DNA of 63,573 bases, the filler included, from Cercozoa sp. M6MM (taxonomy: Eukaryota > Protista > Endomyxa: Ascetosporea): the NCBI GenBank assembly GCA_040357565.1. It is 10 parts of 10 records of this genome, joined end to end, with 100 filler letters (N's around TTAATTAATTAA, not from the genome) between each part and the next. Parts side by side here need not be neighbours in the genome. Positions count along the whole stretch, not along the records: positions 1 to 15,507 come from JBDODJ010000304.1; positions 15,608 to 20,338 come from JBDODJ010001064.1; positions 20,439 to 23,649 come from JBDODJ010001558.1; positions 23,750 to 46,102 come from JBDODJ010000185.1; 6 more parts are not named here. One strand, written 5' to 3'. The notes under the pieces were generated by a model. That model ran no database searches. It saw only the letters and a program-made list of their open reading frames with translations, and was not told the DNA's origin. Both the position numbers and the translations under genes were made by a program. How positions within the stretch are numbered: position 1 is the stretch's first letter; each line of letters opens with the position of its first letter. Positions 13,901-25,072 of this stretch are shown here, one piece after another.

Positions 13901-13980
13901 AGGCAAGGCCATACAAACCAGAAAAAAGAAAGATAGTTTTGTACCTGTGTCCAATCAATCTCCTGAGAGGGCTGCGACAT
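10937..13980 (-). CDS. EIF2S3: Translation initiation factor 2 subunit gamma (about 22 introns)
   Basis: Spliced: [10 protein letters not shown]|[79 protein letters not shown]|[17 protein letters not shown]|GWGKI. Confidence 0.97.
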
Positions 13981-14185
13981 GTTAAAACGCTGCTTTTAAA
14001 CCGCAACTCTGTTGGGGTAGGTCGGGAGCCTCGCGCGTTAACAGAAACAAAGCCTGGCTACATTGCTGCTGATTTATTTGTCACAGGGGAGAGCGAAATT
14101 TGGAGGCTGGCGTGCCTCTGAGGAAGGTTAGTTGTGCATGTGTGACTGTGTATAGTATTAGCACACTGCTAAACACAAAAATAGG

Positions 14186-15488
14186 ATGATCTGGTTGGCG
14201 GTGGCGTTGCTGGTATGTGCAGTGCGGGGTGCTGTCGAATTGCGCGGTAGCTTCTGTATTTGTCGCTTCTGCCCGAGAGAGGAATTTGGTATAATTGGCA
14301 CCAGGCGCGTGGTTGGCGACGGTGCTTAACATTGACTGGCCGTCGGAGCCGGGTCTACCGATGCGAGTGCAGCAGCAGCAACTGGCCGATGCGATCGACG
14401 GTGCCGTCTTGTTGCTTGCTGTTTTTGTTGTTGTTTTTGTTGTTGTTTTTGTTGTTTTTTTAAGTGACTCGGTTTGAACAGAGATGGCGCAACTGAACCT
14501 CAACATGGTGGTGTTTCAGGTACCCCCTATACCACTATAACTCCCTATACCCCTACCCCCCCCCCCCCCCCAGGTGAGACCAACAGCAGATGCGCTGTAC
14601 GAGAGTGCGATCGAACCGTGGAGTCGGTTCATCACGGGTCAGTTTCTTCCGGGCCACGTGATCAGTGACTGGTGTGACCAGTGTGACCAGTGTGACCAGT
14701 GACCAGTGACCTGACCTGACCCGACTAAGCACAGGCACTCAAGGTGAATCGCCCGGCTGGGATCCGCTCGCCTTTGCCGTGTAGCTTTACCCCTCTCCTT
14801 ACCCCCTCTCCCTGCCTTCCCCTTACCCCCTTTGTACCCCCTCTTTACCCCCCTCTTTACCCCCCCCCCCCCGAACAGCGAGCGCGCACACTCGCACGGC
14901 ATGGAGCTGCACGCGTGGATCAATCCCTTCCGTACGTCTGCCTTAATTGTCGCACTCTGTATACGCGTGGTCTATTTGTACCCATTCGGTCCGCTGGTAC
15001 GGTCCATTTGTACACAGGTGCCGGCAAGGGCGATTTGGACCGATCGAAACTCGCGCCGAATCACATGGTTCGCTCCCCCTGTCCCCCTGTCCTGGCACCC
15101 TGTAAGTGGTCCATTTGTACACCCTGTTCCGTCTGAGTATAGGCCAACGACCCGGTGTTTAAGGACGTCGTGTACGAATACGGCGATCAGTTGTGGGCCG
15201 ATCCCGGCGTGACTGTGGTGTGTTTACCCCCTTCGCCCTCCCCTTTACCCCCCCCCTTTACCCCCCCTTTACCCCCCTTTACCCCCACCCGCAGGTGCGC
15301 GAACGCGTGCACGCCGTGGTGGACGACATTGCGCAGCGATACGCCGTCGACGCCATTCACAGTTTGTCGCACCCTTAATCGTCGCACCCTTAATTGCACT
15401 CTCTGGTATGCGCCCCCTTAACTACAACATTGCATGCACAGTGGACGACTACTTCTATCCGTATCCGACCGCTCAGGAGTTTCCTGGT
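14186..15488 (+). CDS. Secreted glycosyl hydrolase-like 10 (DUF187; YddW/DigH family), 3' truncated by gap
   Basis: Signal peptide MIWLAVALLVCAVRGA, then ELR|GAWLATVLNIDWPS, NMVVFQ|VRPTADALYESAIEPWS, GWDPLAFAV|ERAHSHGMELHAWINPFR, YAVDAIH|MDDYFYPYP. These are hallmark GHL10 motifs. Confidence 0.88.
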
Positions 15489-15507
15489 ATTTTACCCCCC
15501 CCCCCCC

Positions 15508-15607
15508 NNNNNNNNNNNNNNNNNNNNNNNNNNNNNNNNNNNNNNNNNNNNTTAATTAATTAANNNNNNNNNNNNNNNNNNNNNNNNNNNNNNNNNNNNN
15601 NNNNNNN
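15508..15607. other. Artificial contig linker (N44-TTAATTAATTAA-N44); eight more occur in the window
   Basis: The same six-frame-stop 12-mer sits in N-runs at nine positions (listed in the summary). Genes break abruptly at these points, usually at poly-G/C or (CA)n tracts. Confidence 0.97.
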
Positions 15608-15621
15608 GGGGGGCAAAAGTC

Positions 15622-17551
15622 CTACGTGTAGTGACGCGGCGGGCGCGGCGGCGCGCAGTCGTAGCGCAGTTCGGGGTGTCGGCACACGGGGTCGTACACG
15701 AGCGGTAGCACCATGTGCGACACCGTGTGTTCCACGCACAGCAAGGTGCTCTTGCGCTGCGCACGTGTCACAGTGTACAGTGTATCAGTGTACAGTGTAT
15801 CAGTGGGCACGTGTCAGTGGGCACGTGTCAGTGTGCACGTGTCAGTGGGCACGTGTGTCAGTGTTGCCAGAGGCAAAGAGTACCGGGTCCAGGTAGCACC
15901 CGGCACGTCGCGCACATCGCACATGAAACGACGCATTGCAGTCCTTGATCTGTACAGTATGGACGGTACAGTATGGATGGTACAGTATGGACGGTACAGT
16001 ATGGACGGTTCAATGTGCGGTACAGTATGGACGGTACAAACGTACCTGACAACCCAAAGCGGCGCCTTGCCGACGACAGAAACTGCAGAACAACTGCGAC
16101 GCGCGCGTCAGTTCCTGTGCCACTCTGCACACACACACGTGCTCACTCACTCAGTTGGCACGTGCACTCACTCACTGAGCACGTGCACTCTGACACGTGC
16201 CATCACTAGGGTCCTACCCGATCAGCGCGCGGTGCCGCTTGTGAAAGTAGACCTGCGGTGCCCACGTGGCACACTCCTCGTGCACGTACTTGCCGTGGTA
16301 GGGACCGACCTGGCCACACGCAGGTATACAGGGAGGAGGTATACAGGGGGGTAAACAGGGGGGTAAACAGGGAGGTAGACAGGGAGGTAAACGAGGGGTA
16401 AACAGGGTGGTAAGCAGGAGGTAAACAGGGCGGGGTAAGGTAAGGCACTACCATGGCATTGTGCTGATCCTGAATGTAGACGCCCGTGGACACGTTGTCG
16501 GTGGTCTCCTTGCACATGGCGCATGCCACCTAGGAAAGGTACCACACGAAGGTACCACATGGCACGTGCGCGACTGGAGGAAGAACAATCAGTGGTACAT
16601 GTGCCGGCACACGCGGCACGACGATGTTGGCACCAAAGGCTTTCCGCACCTGTCGTTCGGTCTGCTCAGCCGTCTGCACAGAGGGAAGGGTCGGTGTGGA
16701 CAGTACAAGTGGACAAATACAGTACGAGTGGACAGTACAAGTGGACAGATACAGTACAAGTGGACAGTACCTGTCGCACCTTGGCGAGAACACGCTGTCG
16801 CAGCAGCACGAGACACGGCACGGCTCCCGTGCAGATCGGACACGTCCAGACCACGTCTGTCTTGTAGCCACACATACATGTACATGACTCCCGTACAAAT
16901 GGACAAAATCCAAAACTGGTGGCTATCAACCAGTATCGTTGCTGCTGCTGCCGGAGCGATTCTCAAAGCCGGTGGACAACTCGCGCAGATTGCGCTCTGC
17001 CACGTGACGCTCTACCGCCGAGGCTGTATGGGGGGGGTAAAGGCGGCAGGGAGTAAAGGGCGTAAAAAAGAGTAAAAGACTAACCCGAGGAGCTGGCAAT
17101 TGTGCTTTCAAGTAGTTCGCGGACGCACTCAAGATGCAAGTGGCACTTGCACCTACCAAACACAGATACCCCATGTGTCATACGATGCCATTCTATGCAC
17201 ACTGGTACTGACTGCACTTCTGTCCAAGCTCGCTTTCGCCGCGAACACTCTTGCACAGAGCGCACGCCTTTAGCATGCTGTTCTCCAGGTACCTAACACA
17301 CAAGCAAGGACATTGCGAGTCTGCACACATCATGCACCCGTGGACCGTACTTTTTCAACTGCTCTGCGGCATTAATTCGCTCTTGCAGGCTGCTGCTATT
17401 TGGAAGTCCCCTACAGCAAAAATATTAATCACCAGTACAAAGTGTCCACAGAAACCGACCACTCAAGCTGCATTTGGAGCCAATCGTCGAGCGCATCGCC
17501 ACCCAGTGGTCTGGCAATCAGACGCTCCGAGCGGCGAACTCTCCCCACCAT
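15622..17551 (-). CDS. PHD/extended-PHD (zf-HC5HC2H) chromatin-reader protein
   Basis: Spliced motifs ACALCKS...CKCHLHLECV...WTCPIC (PHD/RING-like), then ACAMC...YVHEECATWAPQV...CSFCRRQGAALGCQ|IKDCNASFHVRCARRAG...LCVEH (ePHD). Start is approximate. Confidence 0.75.
15952..16037 (+). repeat. Intronic 14-bp tandem repeat GTACAGTATGGACG, about 5 copies
   Basis: Read directly; lies in an intron of the ePHD gene. Confidence 0.85.
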
Positions 17552-17706
17552 GCTCACGCGCAGGGCCGTACTTAGACTAAAATGAGCCCACTCGCGCACT
17601 TGCTAAGCCCGACAAGCACACACTTGTCTACCTTTCCACAAAACAAAAAAACGCCACAAATGTGCCAAAATATAAATTTTCGGTGATACGGGAGGTCTTT
17701 TAGAGC

Positions 17707-19918
17707 ATGCAGGAGCAATTGAGTGCACTGCTTTTGACCTGCGATGCTCTTGAAAGTGCTCTCCAGCACCGCAGAGCTCGCAGGAGGCAGCAGCAGTTGA
17801 TTTTGCAGCAGCAACTCCAGACCCAAAGCGCGCAGTTCCCCGGACTCCAGTCGAGTGCGCCAGTTGCTGTTTCCCACGGTCAAGCATCAGCCCTTAGACC
17901 ACAAGCCCCACCTTCGGCCGGGGCGCCAGCCACCGCATTCTTGTCGACTAGAAATGTTAACGTTTGTACCACGCCTCAACGAGCAAGCTCGCCCGAAATC
18001 AACAAATGCAGTGCGGAAAGCGAAGAAGCGAGTACTGCAAAGATTAAGAGGAGCAGACACGAAACGCTGAAGAAAGATGCAATTGAAGTGGATGAAACAT
18101 TTGACAGCTTTCTCGATGAGCAGCTCAACGCAGTGCGAGCGAGACAGCAGCAGCGCAACGAGCATGTTGAGCAAATGGTCAATTTTACTGCACTCACGAC
18201 ACTCACTTGCAAGACATGCGCAATCTCAGGTCAAAGTAACTGTGTCTTGTGTGTTTTATGCGACAAGTAGGCTGCTTTGGCACATAAGAGTGAACACAAA
18301 GCAGTGAGTTTCTCGCAATTGAGTGCGGGCAAACGCATGCGAGCCGTTGCGCTCGCGGCACGCTTTGTGGCGGCTTTGCAGTTTGCTGCCGTCAGGAAAC
18401 GCAAAAAGAATAGGGTACCCACTGACCTGATTGACAAGGTATTCTTCCACTAAGTGCTAACATTGATACCGATAGGAAAAGCAGCGCAACGCGATGGATC
18501 AGTTGCTTGGCGTCTCTCACGACATCACACGCGCCTGGCTCGCGCGAGCCGTGACTCCCATCGCTCTTTCCATCCTCGTATAGGATTCTGTTCAATTGAA
18601 TTGGTTCTTTAACACCATTGGAACACAAGCCGATGAAGAGCTGCTAATTTTAGACGCACAGCACAACACTCCCAGCGCCGACGATGAAGACGCGAAAAAG
18701 ACGACGAAAAGCGGCGTCAGTCGACGACAACGATCTCGAAGACGAGCTAGATGACGACGATAATCAAGTCGAACTTGAGGGTGAGTCTTCTCTTTCAAAA
18801 GAAACGGAAAATGCTCACGGGTTTAGACTCCGTGCTCGTAGTCCCAGCTACCGGAAAGTTCGGTCGCTTGGGAGCTCGCGTCCGTCGCTTGCGTGGTTCG
18901 CAACAGCGGATTAAGCGCGAAAAGGCCGATCGAGAGTTTGCTCGTTTGCGTGTGCACTGCGGCGGACTCATGGACCGCTTGGAGGCACTACTCAATCCTG
19001 CAGCAGCACACGAGGGTACGTGTGTGTGTGTGCGTGTGTGTGTGTGTGTGTGTGTGGGTGTGGACTTGCCTTGCCGTTGTACAAGCAGAGGTTCCCGAAG
19101 CGTTGCTTTCGTTGATACAGCGCATGTTCGGCTGCCAGGAACCGCAGTTCCCAGTGGACTATCTGTGGCCAGACGAACTCGAGCATTACAAGCCTCCCGA
19201 TGACGATGAGTATGTCCTTCGACCTGCTTTATATCTGTGTTTGAGCAAGTTGTTTGTAGGAGTGAAACAATAGAAATAACGCAGCGACAACGTCGCATTT
19301 TAATCGAGGGTACAATCGCAATAGCTACTGGAGAATAGAGCTTAAGCACACAGTGCATTTAACCCCCTACGCCTTGCAAAGGATTCGTCGTGATGCGAGT
19401 GCTTGTTCCGCTGCTCGCGCACCCGGAAGAAGGCAGCAGCAACCGAACGGTGGTGCGACGTGTCAGCAAGCAACGAGCGGCCTTCAAAGCACTCGCGACC
19501 ACCGTTTGCCGGGCGGCCCAAGTGTCACGTCGCATTCCCGAAACCACCGTGTTGCTCAACATCAGCACAAAGGCGAACGTCAACGAAAGCAACGACGATA
19601 GCAACTCCTCAAAACCTGCCTCGGAAGAAACTTCATCCCAGGAGCATCTGGACTTCACGCTGCTGCGCAATCTTCCGGCAGTTCCGTCGGCGCTCAAAGC
19701 ACACGTACTTAGCGGACAAGAGGTGCGTACATTGTTTCGCCTTCTTTTTTGCCTTGCTTAAACCTAAAACCCTGAATTGGTACATGTCTTTGTGCGACCG
19801 AAACCTACAGCTAGACACGCGTTTGTACGCACTGGTGCTGCAGCTGGCACTGCGACTGGCGCAGTGGACGCATCGACTGCTGCTGCTAACGCAGCGAGGT
19901 ACCGCAGATGTGGCATGA
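17707..19918 (+). CDS. Multi-exon hypothetical protein; weak resemblance to a RasGAP C-terminal motif
   Basis: Long first exon 17707-~18177 and further spliceable exons. GFVVMRVLVPLLAHP...AFKALAT loosely echoes RasGAP FLR..CPAI..P...L..IAK. Family call is weak. Confidence 0.55.
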
Positions 19919-20046
19919 TGCACTGCTGCCGTCAACTTATGGTGGCTGGCATACGATACCGTGATCATACGACCGTACGTTTACGTTAGTTGGCACTAAA
20001 TCAACGTAGCAGCGAATCGACTGCGCTGGCTCTAAATACCGTAAGA

Positions 20047-20222
20047 TAGTTAGTTAGTTGAGTCTTCTAGGAAACCAACTATGTAGTTCCCCTGCACCAG
20101 TCTGGGGTGGGTCACAAGAGCATGGCCGTGTCTACCGCCCGCTTAGGGTAGGACCATACAACTCCCCTTTTGACGTTCCCCAGACACTGAAGTCGACTTC
20201 ATGGTTGGTGCAGGTAGCGGGC
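20047..20222 (+). ncRNA. Structured dispersed element, copy 1 (most intact); candidate omegaRNA-like or non-autonomous element
   Basis: Homologous to 32048-32185(-) and 56168-56294(-). Nested stems, plus loop GCCCGCT complementary to the terminal AGCGGGC. Confidence 0.6.
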
Positions 20223-20454
20223 TACAAGTAGAGAGGCGTCGCAGGCCGCGTCGGGTCGTCCCGTCGTCGTCCTCCCGTCTCTCCACTCGATACCTAAACA
20301 AAACAGACAAACGGACATAGACTTAGGGCCACCACTGCNNNNNNNNNNNNNNNNNNNNNNNNNNNNNNNNNNNNNNNNNNNNTTAATTAATTAANNNNNN
20401 NNNNNNNNNNNNNNNNNNNNNNNNNNNNNNNNNNNNNNGGGGTTAGAGGGTAGG

Positions 20455-23400
20455 AGAGTACAGCAGCAGCAGCGTTACCTTTTGCGAGTTGAGCACGAGG
20501 CCGATGAAGAGGTTGGCGAAGAAGAGCGTCACGATGATCGTGTACGAGATGAAGTACCACGACGCGATCCAGTCCGTCGCCAGGATGGAAGAGTACATCA
20601 CCTCGTGCCAACCCTCGCCCTACAGGAGTGTACTTTACTTCTTCCAGGGGACACTCTCCTCTTCAACAGAGTTCTCAACCGGTGGTACCACAAGCAGCTG
20701 GAACAGCGAGATGAACGAGCCTGACAGGCTCTCGAAACGCGCATCCGTCAGACGGCTCTCGTGCACGCGGCCATAGCGATCACTGCTCACGCAGGGTCAA
20801 ACAAACATGATAGTTCACAGTGGCACAGTAGATACTAGACAGTAGGCACTGTGGCTACCCGAACAGGTAGACGCCAAACACGGCATAGACGTAGAACACG
20901 CCAATCAGCACAAACAGCATCGACACGAACTGCGGCACGATCTTGGCCAGCGAGAACACCAGTCGGCGCAGCGACACCTGGGGGGGGGGGGGCCGGGGTA
21001 CAAGACGTATAGGGTGGTGTGGAGAAACAATCTACCACAAGCGTGAAGAGTCGCAAGATGCACAGCGTCAGCGCAAAGCGCAGCGAGTCGTCGTTCGACT
21101 TGTAGGACAGAATGCGACCCGTCGACAGTCGCGTCACAATGGTCAGCACGAAGGACAGCATCACGATGCCTGCGTCCACGCGGTTGGCCAGTTGACTACA
21201 TTCACCCAATGTATACATATATATATATATATTTTTTTTTAATTCATTAAAAGTGCGTACCGATCAAGACGCGGCCTGTGCACGTCGTCGTGGAGGAAGT
21301 AAGCGCGCCAGCCCCAACCAAACACCTTGATGCAGATCTCCACCACCTGCGCCAGCAGCAGCACGAACAGCAGCTGGTCCAGCAGGTCGTCATTGTCGTA
21401 GCTGCCGTAGTACGCCAAGCACACCAGCTGCACACCACACAGTTTACACATGATATAATAAACTTATATTAATAACGTATAAATAGATAGATAGGTAGAC
21501 GGAGAGATAGGTAGATAGATAGATATAGAGAGGTACTAAATAAATAGATAAGTAATAGGAAGATAGATAGGTTGTATATAGATAAAATATATAGAGATAG
21601 TAGATACATGCGAGATGCATACCTCGCCAAACACGACGAACTTCAGCAGCATGACGCAGAGAGCGCCGCCCCAGCTGTACCACAGACACGGTCCATTTGC
21701 ACCTCCCTGTGTCCACACGTACGGCTACACAGTGGTCTATACGTACCCAGTGAGCAGGTAGTCGTGCACCCACTTGCGACCCGGGTGATGCGACAACTCG
21801 CGCAGTCGCTCGCGCTTGCGCAGCTTGCGCACACGCTCCGTGACGAACCGCATGCCTGCGATGAACAGACGCGTTCATTTAGAGGACACTGATAGAGACA
21901 CGACCGAGACAGTTGAGAATTGGGTCGTACCATTGACAAACTCCGTCTTGGTGATGCCTGGCTCGCACGCTTCCTTGTCGATGTCGTCGAAACGTTGGTA
22001 CAGCGATTGCACCTGTGCACATGTTGACGTTAAGCCGATACACTCACCGGCACATCACAGAGACACGTGTACATCGTGTTCCGACTCGGTGCCCGTGATG
22101 CGACGCAGGAAGGCCTTGAACACGTCCTCGGCCAGCAGTTGCTCCGGCTCGTCGCTGGCGTCCACTGTGCATCATAGTGTACAGTTGGACCATACAATAG
22201 ACTATCCATATGGGACTGCCCCTATGGACGCTGGGTAGGATAGGACAGGGACGGTGTACATTCGGTGAGGCCCTGCAGACGCAGCGAACGCGATGATGTC
22301 ATGCGCTCCTGCTTGCGGCCGGCAAGTACGGCGTAGGCGCCGATCAGTCGGGACTCGCTGTTGACTTGGATACGCTCCTTGCGACGCTCGTAGGCCTCCT
22401 CGAAACCGTCTTGGAAGCGATCAACGATCATACCTGTGTCAGACACGGTTGTTATCAATCACCATCGATCAGCATCACTTATGCGGGTAGGCAATCATCG
22501 GGACGGTGTGCGGTACCGAGGATGACGAACATGCCCCAGACGGTGAACGCGACAAAGTACACCGTGTACCACGGCGACACCTCGTAGGCAGGGTACACGA
22601 CGTCCGTGTAGTTCTCTCCCGTCGAAATAAAAACGAAACTCTGCACACATGCACATACACATGCACCGTCCAGCCCAGCCCAGTCCAGTCCGGTTTAGTC
22701 CAGTCCATGTCCATAGGTCCATATATGAGTACAGTACCGTAGTCATGGAGCGCACAAAGTTCGAGAAGACCGAGCCGGGACTCCAGTCATCCAGCACGCG
22801 GCGGAAGAGCACGACGCCCATGGCAGCGGCCACGCCGACCACCACGAGGTACAGCAGCAGTACAGTCCGCATGGCCTGTCCCGTCAGCGTCTTCCAGAAG
22901 GAGTCCACCACGGTGCGCACGCGCTCGTTCGTCACCACGAGCAGCAGCGGCCGGATCGAGAGGAGCCACAGGTGCTCGCGCGGTCCCGTGCACATGATGA
23001 CCACATCGATCGTGAACAGCGTCACCAGCAGGCCGTGGAACAGCGTCACTGGCACGATGCGCCGACTGTCCAGCAGGTTGCGTTTCGCACGCACCAGCAC
23101 CAGCACACGTGTCACCCAGTCGATCATCTCCACGAGCTGTGGAGGCCCACGGTAATGTACTTCACTAGTGGAGACAAGGGTACGGTACCACACACAGGGC
23201 AGTCAGCACAATGACGGCAATGTGCGGGTCTTCGTGCTCGTAGTATGCCGGCTCGGCAAAGCCAAGCACCAAATGCAAGAACGACACGATGTTGATGCCC
23301 ACCGTCCACCACATCGAACTTCGCAGACGGTACAGTCGCAGCAGCTTCCACGAACGCAGGATCTACCCAAGCGCAGGGGGAGGTAAGCAGATAACATGAG

Positions 23401-23649
23401 CATGAGGTATACACACAGGAAGTGGCACCTCCAAGCGACACGTAGTGACAATGTTTAGCGACTCGTAAAAGTGACTCACAGCGCGTTCCAATCTGCACAC
23501 AGACACACAGACACACCGTGTACACACACGTATACACACACACCCCCACCCACACACACAGACACACAAGTTCCAAAACAACAGGGATGTTCAAGGATGC
23601 TCAAGAGGCTCTACCGCAGCTGAAGATCGGCATCATCGTCCAACTCGCC
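20455..23649 (-). CDS. TPCN: Two-pore cation channel (TPC/TPCR-like), truncated at both ends by gaps
   Basis: Two 6-TM repeats with pore helices FSNFVRSMTT|SFVFISTGENYTDVVYPAY and FESLSGSFISLFQLLV|GEGWHEVMY...WYFISY...LFFANLFIGLVL. S4-like segments IRPLLL and LRLFTL|VSLRRL. EF-hand-like linker. Confidence 0.85.
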
Positions 23650-23990
23650 NNNNNNNNNNNNNNNNNNNNNNNNNNNNNNNNNNNNNNNNNNNNTTAATTA
23701 ATTAANNNNNNNNNNNNNNNNNNNNNNNNNNNNNNNNNNNNNNNNNNNNTTTTTTTTTTGCGCAGCGGCTGCCGGCAAATACGCCTGTTTTCTCTGCTAA
23801 AACGATTGGCACCCCGCACTGTGCGGTGCTGACACGTCTGCCTCACATACACAACTGTAATTGGAATCACGAATACAGTACGTTTTGTGCGGCGTACGGC
23901 AGCCACGCCAGTTACAATAGAGCGTGTCGTCATATAGTTTACGTCAGTTTTTTCACTAACGTGATTAGAGGAAGGCAGAAACACGACAGT

Positions 23991-24343
23991 GGGAATCCTA
24001 CCGTATCGTCGGGTAAAATAGTGAGCCCATAAAACTGAGCCAACAAGCAGATATGATGTTGATCAGTATAGAAAGATAGCACGTTTCACTGATCCCCAGT
24101 ATGTGCTCTATAAATACACTAGCCGTGTGCGGAGCATCATTAGCGATCGGGGCGCGTCGAGTGAAAATCGGGTAAATTTGTTGAAAAAAACATAAGAATA
24201 TGACAAACTAGCGTCCAGTAGTTCAGTGATGCCTAGACAACCACTACACATGTCCAGGCTCCACTAAAGGTAAAAATAGCTTGCTTCGCGACAGGTTTTT
24301 TCATGGGCTCACTATTTTTACCCGACGATAGGGGAGGATTCCC
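23991..24343. mobile_element. Mutator (MULE)-like MITE, 353 bp, ~45-bp TIRs, 9-bp TSD CACGACAGT
   Basis: Left TIR GGGAATCCTACCGTATCGTCGGGTAAAATAGTGAGCCCAT. Right end reverse-complements to GGGAATCCTCCCCTATCGTCGGGTAAAAATAGTGAGCCCAT. CACGACAGT directly flanks both ends (23982-23990, 24344-24352). Confidence 0.9.
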
Positions 24344-24353
24344 CACGACAGTT

Positions 24354-25029
24354 TTACGAGCGAGCGACACCGCTGGCCTGCTCAAGCATCTCGCGGCGCT
24401 GCTGTTCCCTACGAGAGTTGCAAACAATAGATTCAGGTCCACATAAACGCAACACTGTGGGGGCAAAAGGTACTTGCGCTGCTTTTCCTCCTCGACGGCG
24501 GCGCAGAGCTCCTCGACCTTGGCGTCGTCGAGGATCTCGTGGTGCTGTCCCTGACGGAGCACACAGAGCTGAATGTTCTTGCTGCCGGTTTCGACGGTTT
24601 CGAGCACGGCACGCGTGGCGAGCATCACGGCAGCGTCCTCGTCCATGCCTTCGCGGTAGTTCTTCTCCAGGAACTCGCGGACCTACCGAGCACTTTCAAT
24701 CAACATACAGGGTCAGCAAGGGCAGAGAAAATTCTACCGAGTCCATCTTGTTGCCAGTACAGGCGGCCTTCCACTCGGTGCAACCTGCAGCACAGTCAAC
24801 ACAGTCTAAACAACAGCCAAAAGAAAGGGTCGGAGCAAAACGCACTGCCAGCTGGGTCAGTCACAAACACGTGCGGCTCGCCCGTGTTCTGAGAGGTGGT
24901 ATTACATCGCGCATGAGTAAAATGGCACAAGGTACAGGGTCGTGGCCGGCAACGATGCACTGCAGACCGAACGGGCGCCGACCACCGCGCTGCACTCACA
25001 CAACAGCAAATCGCAAAAGAGGACATGCC

Positions 25030-25072
<43 letters not shown>

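Noticed and set aside
20120-20200. HDV-like or hammerhead ribozyme reading of the dispersed element
   Set aside because: There is no CTGANGA/GAAA core, and the GG of P1.1 and the J4/2 motif do not follow the candidate P1/P3 in the required order.
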